A DNA stretch of 64,000 nt from positions 32,001 to 96,000 of the forward strand of contig JBJOKS010000018.1 of NCBI GenBank assembly GCA_046045965.1, read 5' to 3'. Of this stretch, positions 1 to 11,300 are shown piece after piece. This DNA is from Cyanobacteriota bacterium. Its GTDB lineage: Bacteria > Cyanobacteriota > Cyanobacteriia > Cyanobacteriales > Nostocaceae. Numbering within the stretch: the first letter of the stretch is position 1; every line of letters starts with the position of its first letter. The notes below the pieces were generated by a model. That model had not been told where the DNA came from and did not search any database. It saw only the letters and a program-made list of their open reading frames with translations. The position numbers were made by a program, and so were the translations under genes.

Positions 1-712
1 TCAATTGGCACAAGGTATTGGTACAATTGCCGCAGCATTTTATCCCAAACCTGTCATAGTTCGTTTGTCTGATTTCAAGAGTAATGAATATGCAAACCTC
101 TTGGGTGGTAGACAATTTGAACCCAAAGAAGAAAACCCGATGATCGGTTGGCGTGGTGCTTCTCGCTACTATGATCCTCGTTACCGTGAAGGTTTCGCCC
201 TGGAATGTCAAGCGATGAAACGGGTACGTGATGAGATGGGTTTAACTAACATGGTTCTCATGGTTCCTTTCTGTCGTACTCCCGAAGAAGGAAAACGGGT
301 ACTCGCAGAGATGGCAGCAAATGGCTTGGTACAAGGTGAGAACGGCTTGGAAGTCTATGTAATGTGCGAGTTACCGAGTAACGTGGTACTTGCAGATGAG
401 TTTAGCCAAGTCTTTGACGGTTTCTCTATTGGTTCTAATGACTTGACACAGTTAACATTAGGATTAGATCGAGATTCTGAATTAGTGGCACATTTGTTTG
501 ATGAACGCAACGAAGCTGTAAAACGGACAATTGCCAAAGCGATCGCCACCGTTAAAGAAAATAATCGCAAGATTGGTATTTGCGGTCAAGCTCCCAGCGA
601 TTATCCCGAATTTGCCAGATTCTTGGTAGAATTAGGTATTGATTCTATCAGTCTTAACCCTGATTCTGTAATCAAGACCATGTTAGAAATTGCAGCAGCA
701 GAAGGGAAATAG
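1..712 (+). CDS. ppsA: Phosphoenolpyruvate synthase, C-terminal part (gene starts before the window)
   Basis: PEP-utilising C-terminal motifs [51 protein letters not shown]. Confidence 0.95.
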   Translation, partial: QLAQGIGTIAAAFYPKPVIVRLSDFKSNEYANLLGGRQFEPKEENPMIGWRGASRYYDPRYREGFALECQAMKRVRDEMGLTNMVLMVPFCRTPEEGKRVLAEMAANGLVQGENGLEVYVMCELPSNVVLADEFSQVFDGFSIGSNDLTQLTLGLDRDSELVAHLFDERNEAVKRTIAKAIATVKENNRKIGICGQAPSDYPEFARFLVELGIDSISLNPDSVIKTMLEIAAAEGK

Positions 713-715
713 AAA

Positions 716-769
716 GCAGGGGAAGCAGGGGAAGTAGGGGAAGCAGGGGAAGCAGGGGAAGCAGGGGAA
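716..769 (+). repeat. 9-bp tandem repeat (GCAGGGGAA)x6
   Basis: Read directly; one unit is GTAGGGGAA. Confidence 0.9.
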
Positions 770-778
770 GATGAATAA

Positions 779-824
779 CCCAGTCCCCAGTTCCCAGTCC
801 CCAGTCCCCAGTCCCCAGTCCCCA
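779..824 (+). repeat. STRR heptamer (CCCCAGT)n
   Basis: About 6 tandem copies; typical Nostocales STRR. Confidence 0.9.
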
Positions 825-901
825 AATTTGGCAGCAAAAAGTGAATTTAAATATCTGTACAGCCCGAAAGATTTAAAATTTGTAACGGGGAATTTACGAA
901 T

Positions 902-2428
902 ATGCAGCCATTAAATGTGCAAACAAATATTCAAACAAAAACTTTAGCAGGGTTGGATCTTGCCGATCCTGCTAATTTACTGAAAACTTTACAACAACTG
1001 CGTTTGTCTGTTGATCAGGAAGGTAGGGCAATATTTGAACAATGGCGATCGCGCATTCATCGTTCTGAATTTATTAACAGTAGTCTCAATCTAGCCTATT
1101 ATATGGCATTACGCAGACATGATCTGCGTCCACTCCAAGCAGCTTTGATGCCTTGGGGTTTGTCGTCTTTGGGGAGAATAGAAGCCAAGGTTTTGCCAAC
1201 TTTAGATGCGGTGATAGCCACCTTAGCAGCGGTTTGTGGAAGAGAAACCAGTCATCCACCCATTGAAGCATTTTTTGAGGGCGATCGCCTACTCCAACAA
1301 CATACAGAAAATATTTTCGGACAGACTCTGCACCACCGCAGGGTAAGAATCATGGTGACATTACCCAGCCAAGCCGCCACTAATTACGAGTTTGTCCGAG
1401 ATCTAATTCATCAGGGTACTGACTGTGTAAGGATCAACTGCGCCCATGATACACCTATCCAATGGTTGGAGATGATTAACAATGTCCATAAGGCAGCAGC
1501 AGAGATCGGAAATTCCTGTAAAATCCTCATGGATTTAAGCGGACCAAAACCAAGAATTAAATTTGCAGTCGCACCCCATCCCAAAAAACGTATATTTAAA
1601 GGTGAATGTCTCCTCCTGACTCCCGACTCCCCCACAACCATTGGTTCTAAATGTTTCCAAGCCAGTTGCACACTACCAGAAATACTCAAAGAACTCAACG
1701 TAGGGGCTACAGTTTGGATAGATGATGGACGTATCGGGGCGCTTGTAGAGTCGATTACACAAAAAGGGGTATTATTACGAATCACCCATGCTCGGCTCAA
1801 AGGTGAAAAACTATTACCAGATAAAGGACTTAATTTCCCTTATACTGACTTACACCTCAGTTCTCTAACGAAAAAAGACAAACAAGATTTAGACTTTATT
1901 GCTGATCATGCCGATAAAATTGATATTGTCGGCTATTCTTATGTGCAGACACCTGAAGACATTCAGCTTTTACAACAAGAATTAGCAGCAAGATTACCAG
2001 AAAATTTTCCACTTCCAGCTATTGTTGCTAAAATAGAAACACCTCTAGCTGTTAGCAACTTGCCAGAATTAATTGTCCAAGCAGCAGCTAAACAACCCTT
2101 TGGGATTATGATTGCTAGAGGAGATTTAGCTATTGAGATTGGTTATCAACGTTTAGCAGAAATTCAAGAGGAAATTCTCTGGCTTTGTGAAGCTGCCCAT
2201 ATACCCGTAATTTGGGCAACCCAAGTATTAGAAAATCTTGTCAAAGATGGAATGCCATCAAGGGCAGAAATGACTGATGCGGCAATGGCAGAAAGAGCAG
2301 AATGTGTCATGTTAAATAAAGGTCCCCATATTGTGGAAGCTGTGGGAATTTTAGATGATGTTCTCACCAGAATGCAAGCACATCAAGTCAAAAAAACACC
2401 TCAATTGCGTGCGTTACAATCTTGGTAA
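902..2428 (+). CDS. pyk: Pyruvate kinase (divergent, apparently lacking the C-terminal domain)
   Basis: RINCAH, DLSGPK, AKIE, IARGDL, ATQVLE, PSRAE motifs. Confidence 0.9.
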   Translation: MQPLNVQTNIQTKTLAGLDLADPANLLKTLQQLRLSVDQEGRAIFEQWRSRIHRSEFINSSLNLAYYMALRRHDLRPLQAALMPWGLSSLGRIEAKVLPTLDAVIATLAAVCGRETSHPPIEAFFEGDRLLQQHTENIFGQTLHHRRVRIMVTLPSQAATNYEFVRDLIHQGTDCVRINCAHDTPIQWLEMINNVHKAAAEIGNSCKILMDLSGPKPRIKFAVAPHPKKRIFKGECLLLTPDSPTTIGSKCFQASCTLPEILKELNVGATVWIDDGRIGALVESITQKGVLLRITHARLKGEKLLPDKGLNFPYTDLHLSSLTKKDKQDLDFIADHADKIDIVGYSYVQTPEDIQLLQQELAARLPENFPLPAIVAKIETPLAVSNLPELIVQAAAKQPFGIMIARGDLAIEIGYQRLAEIQEEILWLCEAAHIPVIWATQVLENLVKDGMPSRAEMTDAAMAERAECVMLNKGPHIVEAVGILDDVLTRMQAHQVKKTPQLRALQSW

Positions 2429-2463
2429 TTCTTGGTAATTCTAGGTAATTAATAGAATAGCTA

Positions 2464-2493
2464 AAGGGTCTAGTTGTTATCAACCAGACCCTT
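2464..2493 (+). terminator. Hairpin after pyk, possible terminator
   Basis: AAGGGTCT-a-GTTG-ttat-CAAC-c-AGACCCTT inverted repeat; weak U-tail. Confidence 0.5.
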
Positions 2494-2931
2494 CAGTGTT
2501 ATGCCGTATAGAAAGGGGGACTTTGATCACCGTTACCCAACATTCAGACTCTTGACTCCCGACTCCTGAATTCTGAGGTTTAGTCTTTGGCAGAAAATGA
2601 TCATTTATGCCCCATGAGATCGTACAATAAATTTGTAAGCTAATTGTCTATTCGATTTTGGATTTGGGATTGACTCCACGGATAAATCCGGAGGCTTGCA
2701 GCATCAAGGAATTATTGGTCAGTTAACAATTTTATTGCTCATATTTCCATATAAGTGATTATTTTATCATCTATTTGTTGTTAAAATCATTAAATTAACT
2801 TATGAGCGTGAGAAAAAAAATGCCAAAATGCTTCTAAAATAACCAAAATTAACATTTAAAATCTTTTTATAAACAACAATTTTCTGAGAATGCCCTGATA
2901 TCAATAGGATAATTCAACTCGACGATTACCT

Positions 2932-5913
2932 ATGCAATTAAACGATCAACTAGTTGCTTTGCCAAATTTACATCAAGTTATTGATCGTTATCCCTTGACG
3001 ATTAGCCCTGATAGTCATGTATTAGACGCTATAATCTTGATGAATCAAGAACAAAATAAGAGCGTGGAAATCGTCAACGCCTCAGAATCATTACCAGTGA
3101 GCAAAGGCAGAGAAAAAGCCAGCGGCTATATTTTGGTAGTACAAAAAACACAACTATTAGGAATATTTACGCTTAGAGATGTACTCCGATTAACAGCATT
3201 GGGTAAAGATTTATCCAAGACGAGAATAGCTGAAGTGATGACACAGCAACTCATCACATTGAAAGAATCAGATTTTCAGGATATTTCCACAGTCTTATCA
3301 ATCTTGCAGCAGCATGAAATACATCATTTACCGATTGTGGATAATGGAGAAAAATTAGTAGGAATAGTTACTGAATCTGCACTGTTGGAAGAGTTGGATT
3401 TAGTGGGCATAGTTAGTGTTGTCAAGAGCGTACAGAATTATTTCCAAGAGTCACAAAAATCAACAACAACATCTGATGAATGTCAGGATACAAATCAGCA
3501 AATAAAAGAAGTAGACCGTAAAACGGATAAGGATAATATTTTACACAGATTGTTAGTAGAACGCACAGCAGAATTAGTAGTTGTTAATCAAGCTTTGCAA
3601 CAAGAAATCCAGGAGCGTCAGCAAACAGAAGCAGCATTGCGGAAGAGTGAGGGGATATTTCGCCAATTTGGGGAAAACATTCAAACACAGATCATCTGGA
3701 TTAAATCCTACAATAACGGCGAAACAGTATATGTAAATCCGGCTTATGAGAAAATTTGGGGTCGTTCTTGCCAAAGTCTGTGGGAAAATCCCCAATCTTG
3801 GATGGAAGCCATTCATCCAGAAGATCGCGATGACATTTTGGCAAAAATAGAGGAGCGTCATCAAAAGGGTGAAGGTGTTAGTTTAGAGTATCGCATTGTA
3901 CAACCCAATGGAGCAATCCGCTGGATCTGGAGTAGATGTTTTCCTATTAAGAATGAACAAGGACAGCTAGATTACTATGGCAGTATTACTGAAGATATCA
4001 CTGAGCCTAAACTGGCTGACCAATCTTTGCGAGAAAGTGAAGCGCGACTAACTTTAGCCCTAGAAGCTATCAACATGGGCATTTGGGATTGGGACTTTGG
4101 GACTGATGAAAAGTTGTGGTCTCCAAATATGGGTTTGCTTTATGGCTTGCCCAGTGGCACAGTTTGCCCTAGTATTGATAATTTTCTAAATTTAATTCAT
4201 CCTCAAGACAGAGAATTATTTGTTCAAGGAGTAAAACTTGCGATTGAGCAAAAAAGCGAATTTAGTGTTGAATATCGGGCTGTTTGGCCTGATGGTAGCT
4301 TGCACTGGTTAAGCACTAGAGGAAAAGTCTACTATGACGAACAAAGTCAGCCGATACGGATGATTGGTACAACTAAAGATATCTCTGATCGCAAGGAAAA
4401 AGAACATAAAATTTACGAGCAAGCTGCTTTATTAGATATTGCTACCGATGCCATTTTTGTCCGAGATTTCCAGACAGAGATATTATTCTGGAATCAAGGT
4501 GCAGAAAGGATATATGGTTGGACTAAGGATGAAGCTGTAGGTAAAAATCTCAAGGATCTTTTCTGCCCTAAAACTGCACTACAACAAGAAGCAGCCGCAC
4601 TCAAAGCTGTTCTGAAGTTGGGAACTTGGCAAGGTGAGTTACGTAAACAAAGCAAATCTGGCCAGGAAATTATTGTTGAGAGTCGTTGGACACTGATGTT
4701 TGATGCCGATGGACAACCAAAATCTATCCTGATCGTAGATACTGACATTACCGAAAAGAAACAACTGGAAGAGCAGTTTTTCCGTACTCAAAGATTAGAA
4801 AGTATTGGCACTTTAGCGGGTGGTATTACCCACGACTTGAATAATATATTGACACCTATTTCAGTCGCAGCGCAATTACTTAAAGGCAGATTTGCCAAAG
4901 ATCAAGAACGCCATCCCCATCTATTAACAATCATTGAAAATAATGCTGTACGCGGTGCGGCTTTAGTTAAGCAAATTTTATCCTTTGCGCGGGGACTAAA
5001 AGGAGAACGGACAATTGTACAAGTTAAACACTTGATTACAGAAATTATTCAAATTGCTAAACAGACATTTCCCAAATCTATCGAATTTAGCGCCCAGATA
5101 CCCGAAGACCTTTGGACTGTTTCTGGAGATTCTACACAATTACATCAGGTATTGATGAATCTGGTACTTAATGCCCGTGATGCGATGCCAGAAGGTGGAC
5201 TGCTGACAATTTCGGCGGAAAATAGGTTTATTGATGAAGTATATACCCAGATGCACCTTGAGGCTAATGTGGGGGATTACATTGTGATTAGTGTCACAGA
5301 TACAGGTATGGGGATGTGTCCAGAAATATTAGAGAGGATTTTTGAGCCATTTTTTACTACTAAAGAAGTTGGCGCTGGCACAGGATTGGGTTTGTCTACC
5401 GCAGCATTTATTATTAAAAGTCATAATGGTTTTGTGACAGTCTCTAGTCAAGTTGGTAAAGGCAGTACATTTAAGATATTTTTGCCATCAGTTGAAGCTC
5501 ATCAACTTCCTAGTTTAGAGCAGTTAGAAATACTTCCAGGAACAGGAGAATTAATTTTGGTGGTGGATGATGAACCGCAAATTAGAGATGTGGCGAAAAT
5601 CATTTTGGAAAATCACAATTACCGAACGCTAACTGCTAGTAATGGCATTGAAGCGATCGCACTTTATGCCCAAAATAAACAGCAAATCAGTGCAGTTTTA
5701 ATGGATATGATCATGCCAGAAATGGATGGTGTCACAGCTATTTACACTTTACAAAAAATGAACCCAGAGGTACAAGTGATTGCTTGTAGTGGACTGGGTA
5801 CAATAGAATTATTACCACAATCAGCTGAGACAAAAGTGCAAGCTGTTTTATTAAAACCTTACACGGCAAATGATTTACTCAAAAACTTAAATCAAGTAAT
5901 TCGTAATTCGTAA
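2932..5913 (+). CDS. CBS-CBS/PAS hybrid sensor histidine kinase with C-terminal receiver
   Basis: N-terminal CBS pair (LLGIFT, HHLPIVD..LVGIVT), 3 PAS/PAC, THDLNN H-box, GTGLGL, VLMDMIMP receiver. Confidence 0.9.
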   Translation: MQLNDQLVALPNLHQVIDRYPLTISPDSHVLDAIILMNQEQNKSVEIVNASESLPVSKGREKASGYILVVQKTQLLGIFTLRDVLRLTALGKDLSKTRIAEVMTQQLITLKESDFQDISTVLSILQQHEIHHLPIVDNGEKLVGIVTESALLEELDLVGIVSVVKSVQNYFQESQKSTTTSDECQDTNQQIKEVDRKTDKDNILHRLLVERTAELVVVNQALQQEIQERQQTEAALRKSEGIFRQFGENIQTQIIWIKSYNNGETVYVNPAYEKIWGRSCQSLWENPQSWMEAIHPEDRDDILAKIEERHQKGEGVSLEYRIVQPNGAIRWIWSRCFPIKNEQGQLDYYGSITEDITEPKLADQSLRESEARLTLALEAINMGIWDWDFGTDEKLWSPNMGLLYGLPSGTVCPSIDNFLNLIHPQDRELFVQGVKLAIEQKSEFSVEYRAVWPDGSLHWLSTRGKVYYDEQSQPIRMIGTTKDISDRKEKEHKIYEQAALLDIATDAIFVRDFQTEILFWNQGAERIYGWTKDEAVGKNLKDLFCPKTALQQEAAALKAVLKLGTWQGELRKQSKSGQEIIVESRWTLMFDADGQPKSILIVDTDITEKKQLEEQFFRTQRLESIGTLAGGITHDLNNILTPISVAAQLLKGRFAKDQERHPHLLTIIENNAVRGAALVKQILSFARGLKGERTIVQVKHLITEIIQIAKQTFPKSIEFSAQIPEDLWTVSGDSTQLHQVLMNLVLNARDAMPEGGLLTISAENRFIDEVYTQMHLEANVGDYIVISVTDTGMGMCPEILERIFEPFFTTKEVGAGTGLGLSTAAFIIKSHNGFVTVSSQVGKGSTFKIFLPSVEAHQLPSLEQLEILPGTGELILVVDDEPQIRDVAKIILENHNYRTLTASNGIEAIALYAQNKQQISAVLMDMIMPEMDGVTAIYTLQKMNPEVQVIACSGLGTIELLPQSAETKVQAVLLKPYTANDLLKNLNQVIRNS

Positions 5914-5964
5914 TTCGTCACAGGAGGCATCACTAATCTCTTTCTGTTCCCTGTTCCCTGTTCC

Positions 5965-7029
5965 CTATTTTTCTCCTATATATATGCCTAAAGAGTGAGC
6001 AATTTGTATTAAATCAGATTTAGGATCAACAAGTGAGGGACTTTTATCTAGAGCATCTTGGATAGGAACAGCTACAGCTTGTCCATTTTGCCAAGCTAAC
6101 ATTTGATCATATTTTTCTTGGGCAATTAAATCAACTGCGGTTTTACCAAATACTGTAGCTGTGAGACGGTCTAAAGCTGAGGGAATACCACCTCGTTGAA
6201 TATGTCCCAAAACAGAAACTCTCGTATCTACTAAATTATTGCTACAACTAGCAATTTGATCTGCAATATATTGACCACGACCACATTTAGGAGAAGAACA
6301 ATTAGCAGGATTATCAACATCTTCTATACTAGAAGTAGCACCTTCAGCAACAACCACGATGGCAAATTTTCGCCGCCAGAGATCGCGCAATTGGCTAAGA
6401 TGATCACACAAACCTTTGATAGTATAAGACCGTTCAGGAATTAAAATCACATCTGCACCACCAGCAATACCAGAATGTAAAGCTAAATGACCAGCAGTGC
6501 GTCCCATTACTTCCACAATCATTACTCGGTCATGACTGGCAGCCGTAAATGTGAGACGATTAATAGCATCAACAACTGTATTTACTGCCGTATCAAAACC
6601 TATCGAGCGTTCTGTTAAAGCTACATCATTATCAATGGTTTTGGGAATAGCAACTAAATTCCAATTACCCAAAGTTGCTAACTCATGGATAATCTTTAAA
6701 CTACCATCTCCACCTACAGCAATTAAAGCATCTAAACCCAATGCTTCATAACTGGCTAAAATTTCCGTTGCAGAAGCTAAAGTATCTCCTTTATTAATAC
6801 TACCTAAAATCGTTCCCCCCATATTTATTAAAGGGTCAATACCTCGTAAGTCCCAACCGTGTAAATTTAGGGGGATAGTTTGCCGTTCTAATAAACCTTG
6901 GGTAGCATAGGGAATACCCACAACTTCCCAATTAAACGTAAGTGTCGCATGACTAACAACTGCTCGAATTACACAGTTTAAACCAGGACAGTCACCACCA
7001 CTTGTAAGAATACCAATGCGTTTTTTCAT
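5965..7029 (-). CDS. pfkA: ATP-dependent 6-phosphofructokinase
   Basis: ILTSGGDCPGLN, GGDGS, PKTIDND, EVMGR, LGHIQRGG. Confidence 0.95.
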   Translation of the reverse strand: MKKRIGILTSGGDCPGLNCVIRAVVSHATLTFNWEVVGIPYATQGLLERQTIPLNLHGWDLRGIDPLINMGGTILGSINKGDTLASATEILASYEALGLDALIAVGGDGSLKIIHELATLGNWNLVAIPKTIDNDVALTERSIGFDTAVNTVVDAINRLTFTAASHDRVMIVEVMGRTAGHLALHSGIAGGADVILIPERSYTIKGLCDHLSQLRDLWRRKFAIVVVAEGATSSIEDVDNPANCSSPKCGRGQYIADQIASCSNNLVDTRVSVLGHIQRGGIPSALDRLTATVFGKTAVDLIAQEKYDQMLAWQNGQAVAVPIQDALDKSPSLVDPKSDLIQIAHSLGIYIGEK

Positions 7030-7032
7030 AAT

Positions 7033-7144
7033 AGGGAACAGGGAACAGGGAACAGGGAACAGGGAACAGGGAACAGGGAACAGGGAACAGGGAACAGGGA
7101 ACAGGGAACAGGGAACAGGGAACAGGGAACAGGGAACAGGGAAC
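7033..7144 (+). repeat. STRR heptamer (AGGGAAC)x16
   Basis: 16 perfect copies ending 3 nt before the pfkA start codon. Confidence 0.95.
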
Positions 7145-7185
7145 AGGGAGAGATTAATACCCAGTCCCTAGTCCCCAGTCACTAA

Positions 7186-8217
7186 TCACCTCATCTGTGT
7201 TGACATCTGTGTGTGTCGTCCCCATTCTGGTTTGTAACTTTGTAAAGCCTTCATATACTGAGCGCGTTCAAAGGCGCTAGGATCAGGACAGTTGCGTTGA
7301 CTCATGCTACCCTGCATCTGTTTAACAGACTCATATTCGTGGGTTTCCATCCATTCCCGCACGTCTTTTTCTAGACACCGAATATGATCAATACCATGAC
7401 GTAATAATACTGAACATAGCATAGTTGCATTTGCCCCTACCATCAGCATTTTTATGACATCATGAGCATTGTGAATACCGCTAGTTGCAGCCAGACTACC
7501 TTGAATATGACCATAGAGAATAGCTATCCAGCGCAGAGGTAAACGTATATCTTGAGGTGTACTTAATAGTACATGAGGTTCTACTTCCAAATGCTCTAAA
7601 TTAATATCTGGTTGATAGAACCGATTAAATAATACCAAACCATCAGCCCCAGCTTGATCTAACCGCTTGGCCATATTTGCAGTATTGGTAAAATAGGGAC
7701 TGAGTTTTACAGCTACAGGAATGGTAACTGCGGCTTTAACTCTGGCGAGAATATCAATATATGTGTTTTCAATTTCGTGGCTCGTTAGGTCTATATCTGT
7801 GGGAACATAATAAATATTAAGTTCTAGGGCTGATGCACCTGCTTGTTGAATTAAATGAGCGTAATTAGTCCATCCTCCCACAGAACAACCATTTAAACTA
7901 CCAATAATGGGAATATCTACTTGTTCTTTGGCTTTGCGAATATGGTCTAAATATTCTTCTGGTCCTACGCGGAAAGTTGTAGGTTCAGGAAAATAAGTTA
8001 AGGATTCGGCAAAACTTTCTGTACCATAAGTTAAATGATGATGCAGTTCGTATTTTTCTAAAGTTAATTGTTCTTCAAATAACGAGTGCATAACTACTGC
8101 ACCAGCACCAGCATCTTCCATAAATTTGATATTATCAACTTCTTGGGAGAGGGGAGAAGCTGAAGGTACGAGGGGAGACTTTAATTCTAATCCGAGATAT
8201 GTTGTAGTTATATTCAT
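7186..8217 (-). CDS. Dihydroorotate dehydrogenase-like FMN protein (PFOR-associated family)
   Basis: [39 protein letters not shown]; adjacent to nifJ. Confidence 0.85.
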   Translation of the reverse strand: MNITTTYLGLELKSPLVPSASPLSQEVDNIKFMEDAGAGAVVMHSLFEEQLTLEKYELHHHLTYGTESFAESLTYFPEPTTFRVGPEEYLDHIRKAKEQVDIPIIGSLNGCSVGGWTNYAHLIQQAGASALELNIYYVPTDIDLTSHEIENTYIDILARVKAAVTIPVAVKLSPYFTNTANMAKRLDQAGADGLVLFNRFYQPDINLEHLEVEPHVLLSTPQDIRLPLRWIAILYGHIQGSLAATSGIHNAHDVIKMLMVGANATMLCSVLLRHGIDHIRCLEKDVREWMETHEYESVKQMQGSMSQRNCPDPSAFERAQYMKALQSYKPEWGRHTQMSTQMR

Positions 8218-8344
8218 AAGTTTGGTAATGGGTAATGGGTAATTGGTAATTGGTAATTGGTAATTGGTAATTGAGAAATATCAATATATTTGATTATGAA
8301 CATTTCTCAATCCCCAATCAATAATTAATCCAAGATTTACAGGG

Positions 8345-11300
8345 TTATTTAACTGCTTTTGGTTGTTTGTTTTCTTGAACTTCTTGTAATTTCCTGGCGG
8401 CTAAATATTGATACATTTGCCAACGAGTATTAACATCAGATTGGGCTTCTTGCAAGAATTCTTTTGCCTTTTCTGGGTTAATTTTGGTCAACATTTTGAA
8501 CCGATTTTCCATATACATGGAATTTTCAACTGGTATTCTAGGAGTGCGTGAATCAAGTTGTAAGGGGTTTTGTCCTTGTTCCACACGGTCGGGATGATAA
8601 CGGTACAATAACCAACGTCCAGAGTCTACAGCAGCTTTTTGATTTTGCATTGCTGTAGCCATATTAATACCATGAGCAACACAATGACTGTAGGCAATTA
8701 TTAATGATGGTCCATCGTAAGCTTCCGCTTCCAAAAATGCTTTTAATGTGTGTTCATCTCTTGCACCCATAGCCACACTAGCAACGTAAACATTACCATA
8801 GGTCATGGCTATTAAACCCAGGTCTTTTTTAGCTGCGGGTTTACCACCTGCTGCAAATTTTGCTACTGCACCTTTGGGGGTTGATTTGGACATTTGACCG
8901 CCAGTGTTAGAATAAACTTCTGTGTCTAATACCAAAATATTGACATTGCGACCACTAGCAATTACATGATCTAATCCACCGTAACCAATATCATAAGCCC
9001 AACCATCACCACCGATAATCCAAACACTCTTTTTCACTAAATAATCAGCTAAGGATTTGAGATTTTGGATTTGGGATTTTAGATTGGTGAAATCGGTATT
9101 ATTCAACAATTCATCTAATTTTGCTTTGAGAATAGATACCCGTTCTCTTTGTTCGTAAATATCCGCTTCGTCTTTTTGTTCAGCATTAAGAATTGCGGTA
9201 ACTAAATTGTCGCCTATTTGGGGTGCAAGTTGTTGGAGTAAATAAGCTGCCATTTCTGCTTGTTTATCAATAGAAACGCGGAAACCTAAACCAAATTCGG
9301 CGTTATCTTCAAATAAACTATTAGACCAAGCTGGACCTCTACCTTCAGCGTTTGTTGTCCAAGGTGTAGTAGGTAAATTACCACCATAGATGGATGAACA
9401 ACCGGTGGCGTTTGCTACGATCATGCGATCGCCAAATAATTGTGTTACCAGTTTAATATATGGTGTTTCTCCACATCCTCCACAAGCACCAGAGAACTCA
9501 AATAACGGTTCTTGCATTTGTTGTTGATTAATTCTATTCAACTTCAAATTTCTGCGGTCTGGATTTGGTAAACTCAAGAAGAAATCCCAGTTTTCCCGTT
9601 CTGCTTCTCTTAATGGTCTTTGTGGTTCCATATTAATGGCTTTTTTGCGTGGTTCGGCTTTATTTTTCGCCGGACATACATCCACACATAAAGCACAACC
9701 TGTACAGTCTTCTGCTGCTACTTGAATGGTAAACTTCAAATCATGCCAATCATGTTCTTTTGCATTTGCACTTTTGAAGGTTGTAGGGGCATTTTCTAAC
9801 TGTTCTGGTTCATAAACTTTACCCCTAATTACGCTGTGTGGACAGACCATTACACATTTACCACATTGAATACAAACGTCTGAGTCCCAAACAGGAATTT
9901 CTTGAGCAATATTGCGTTTTTCCCATTTCGATGTACCTGTAGGATATGAACCATCACAAGGTAATGCACTCACTGGTAAATCATCACCTTCACGGGCTAT
10001 CATTTTACCTAAAACATCACGCACAAATGCAGGTGCATAATGGGGAATAGGTGACAGTTGACAGGTGACAGGTGACAGTTCTTTTTTGAGTTCTTTAGTT
10101 GTGATTTCGTAGAGGTTATCCAAGGTTTTATCAACTGCTTGAATATTCATTTGGACGATTTCTTCGCCTTTTTTACCGTAGGTTTTGCGAATTGATTTTT
10201 TAATTTGGGCTATCGCTTCTTCTCTGGGTAAAACACCGGAAACTGCAAAGAAACAAACCTGCATGACTGTGTTAATATGTCCGCCCATTCCCGCTTCCCG
10301 TGCGACTTTATAGGCATTAATTACATAAAATTTGAGATTTTTGGTAATTATCTCTTCTTGCATAGAAGCGGGTAATTTATCCCATACTTCATCTTTGTTA
10401 TAAGGTGAATTCAGTAAGAACGTACCACCAGGGACAATATCTTTCAACATGGGGAATTTTTCTACAAACTCCCATTGATGACAAGCGACGAAGTTGGCTT
10501 TGGTGATTAAATAGGTAGAGCGAATTTGTTGAGGTCCAAACCGCAAATGGGAAACTGTAACAGAACCAGATTTTTTTGAGTCGTAAACAAAGTAACCTTG
10601 AGCATAATTATCAGTTTCTTCACCGATAATTTTGATAGAGTTTTTGTTTGCTCCGACTGTACCATCAGCACCTAAACCATAGAAAATAGCTCTAACTATG
10701 CTATCAGATTCAATGTTAAATTCTGGGTCATATTCTAGGCTGGTGTGGGTGACATCATCGTTAATACCAACTGTGAAATGATTTTTTGGAGATCCCCCTT
10801 TGTCCCCCTTATTAAGGGGGGTTGGGGGGATCAAATTATCAAATACAGCTTTTACCATTGCAGGTGTAAATTCTTTAGAAGATAAACCATATCTTCCACC
10901 AACTACTTGAATATTATTGAGTTGATTTTCTGCCAAAGCTGTGACGACATCTGTATATAGAGGTTCGCCAATTGCTCCTGGTTCTTTGGTTCTATCTAAA
11001 ACTGCAATACTGCGGGTTGTTTTTGGTAAAGCATCAATAAATCTTTGGGTGTCAAAAGGACGATATAATCTAACTTTGATAACTCCAACTTTTTCTCCTT
11101 GTTTTTTGAGATAATCTACGGTTTCATGAACTGTTTCACAACCAGAACCCATGAGGATAATTATTCTTTCTGCTTCTGGATCTCCATGATATTCAAATAG
11201 TTTATATTGTCGCCGTGTAATTGCGGCGAATTCATCCATTACCTTCTGAGTGATATCTGGGCAAGCAAGATAAAATGGGTTTACTGTTTCCCTGGCTTGA

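Noticed and set aside
601..837. 78-aa minus-strand ORF
   Set aside because: Translation of STRR and 9-bp repeats, antisense to ppsA
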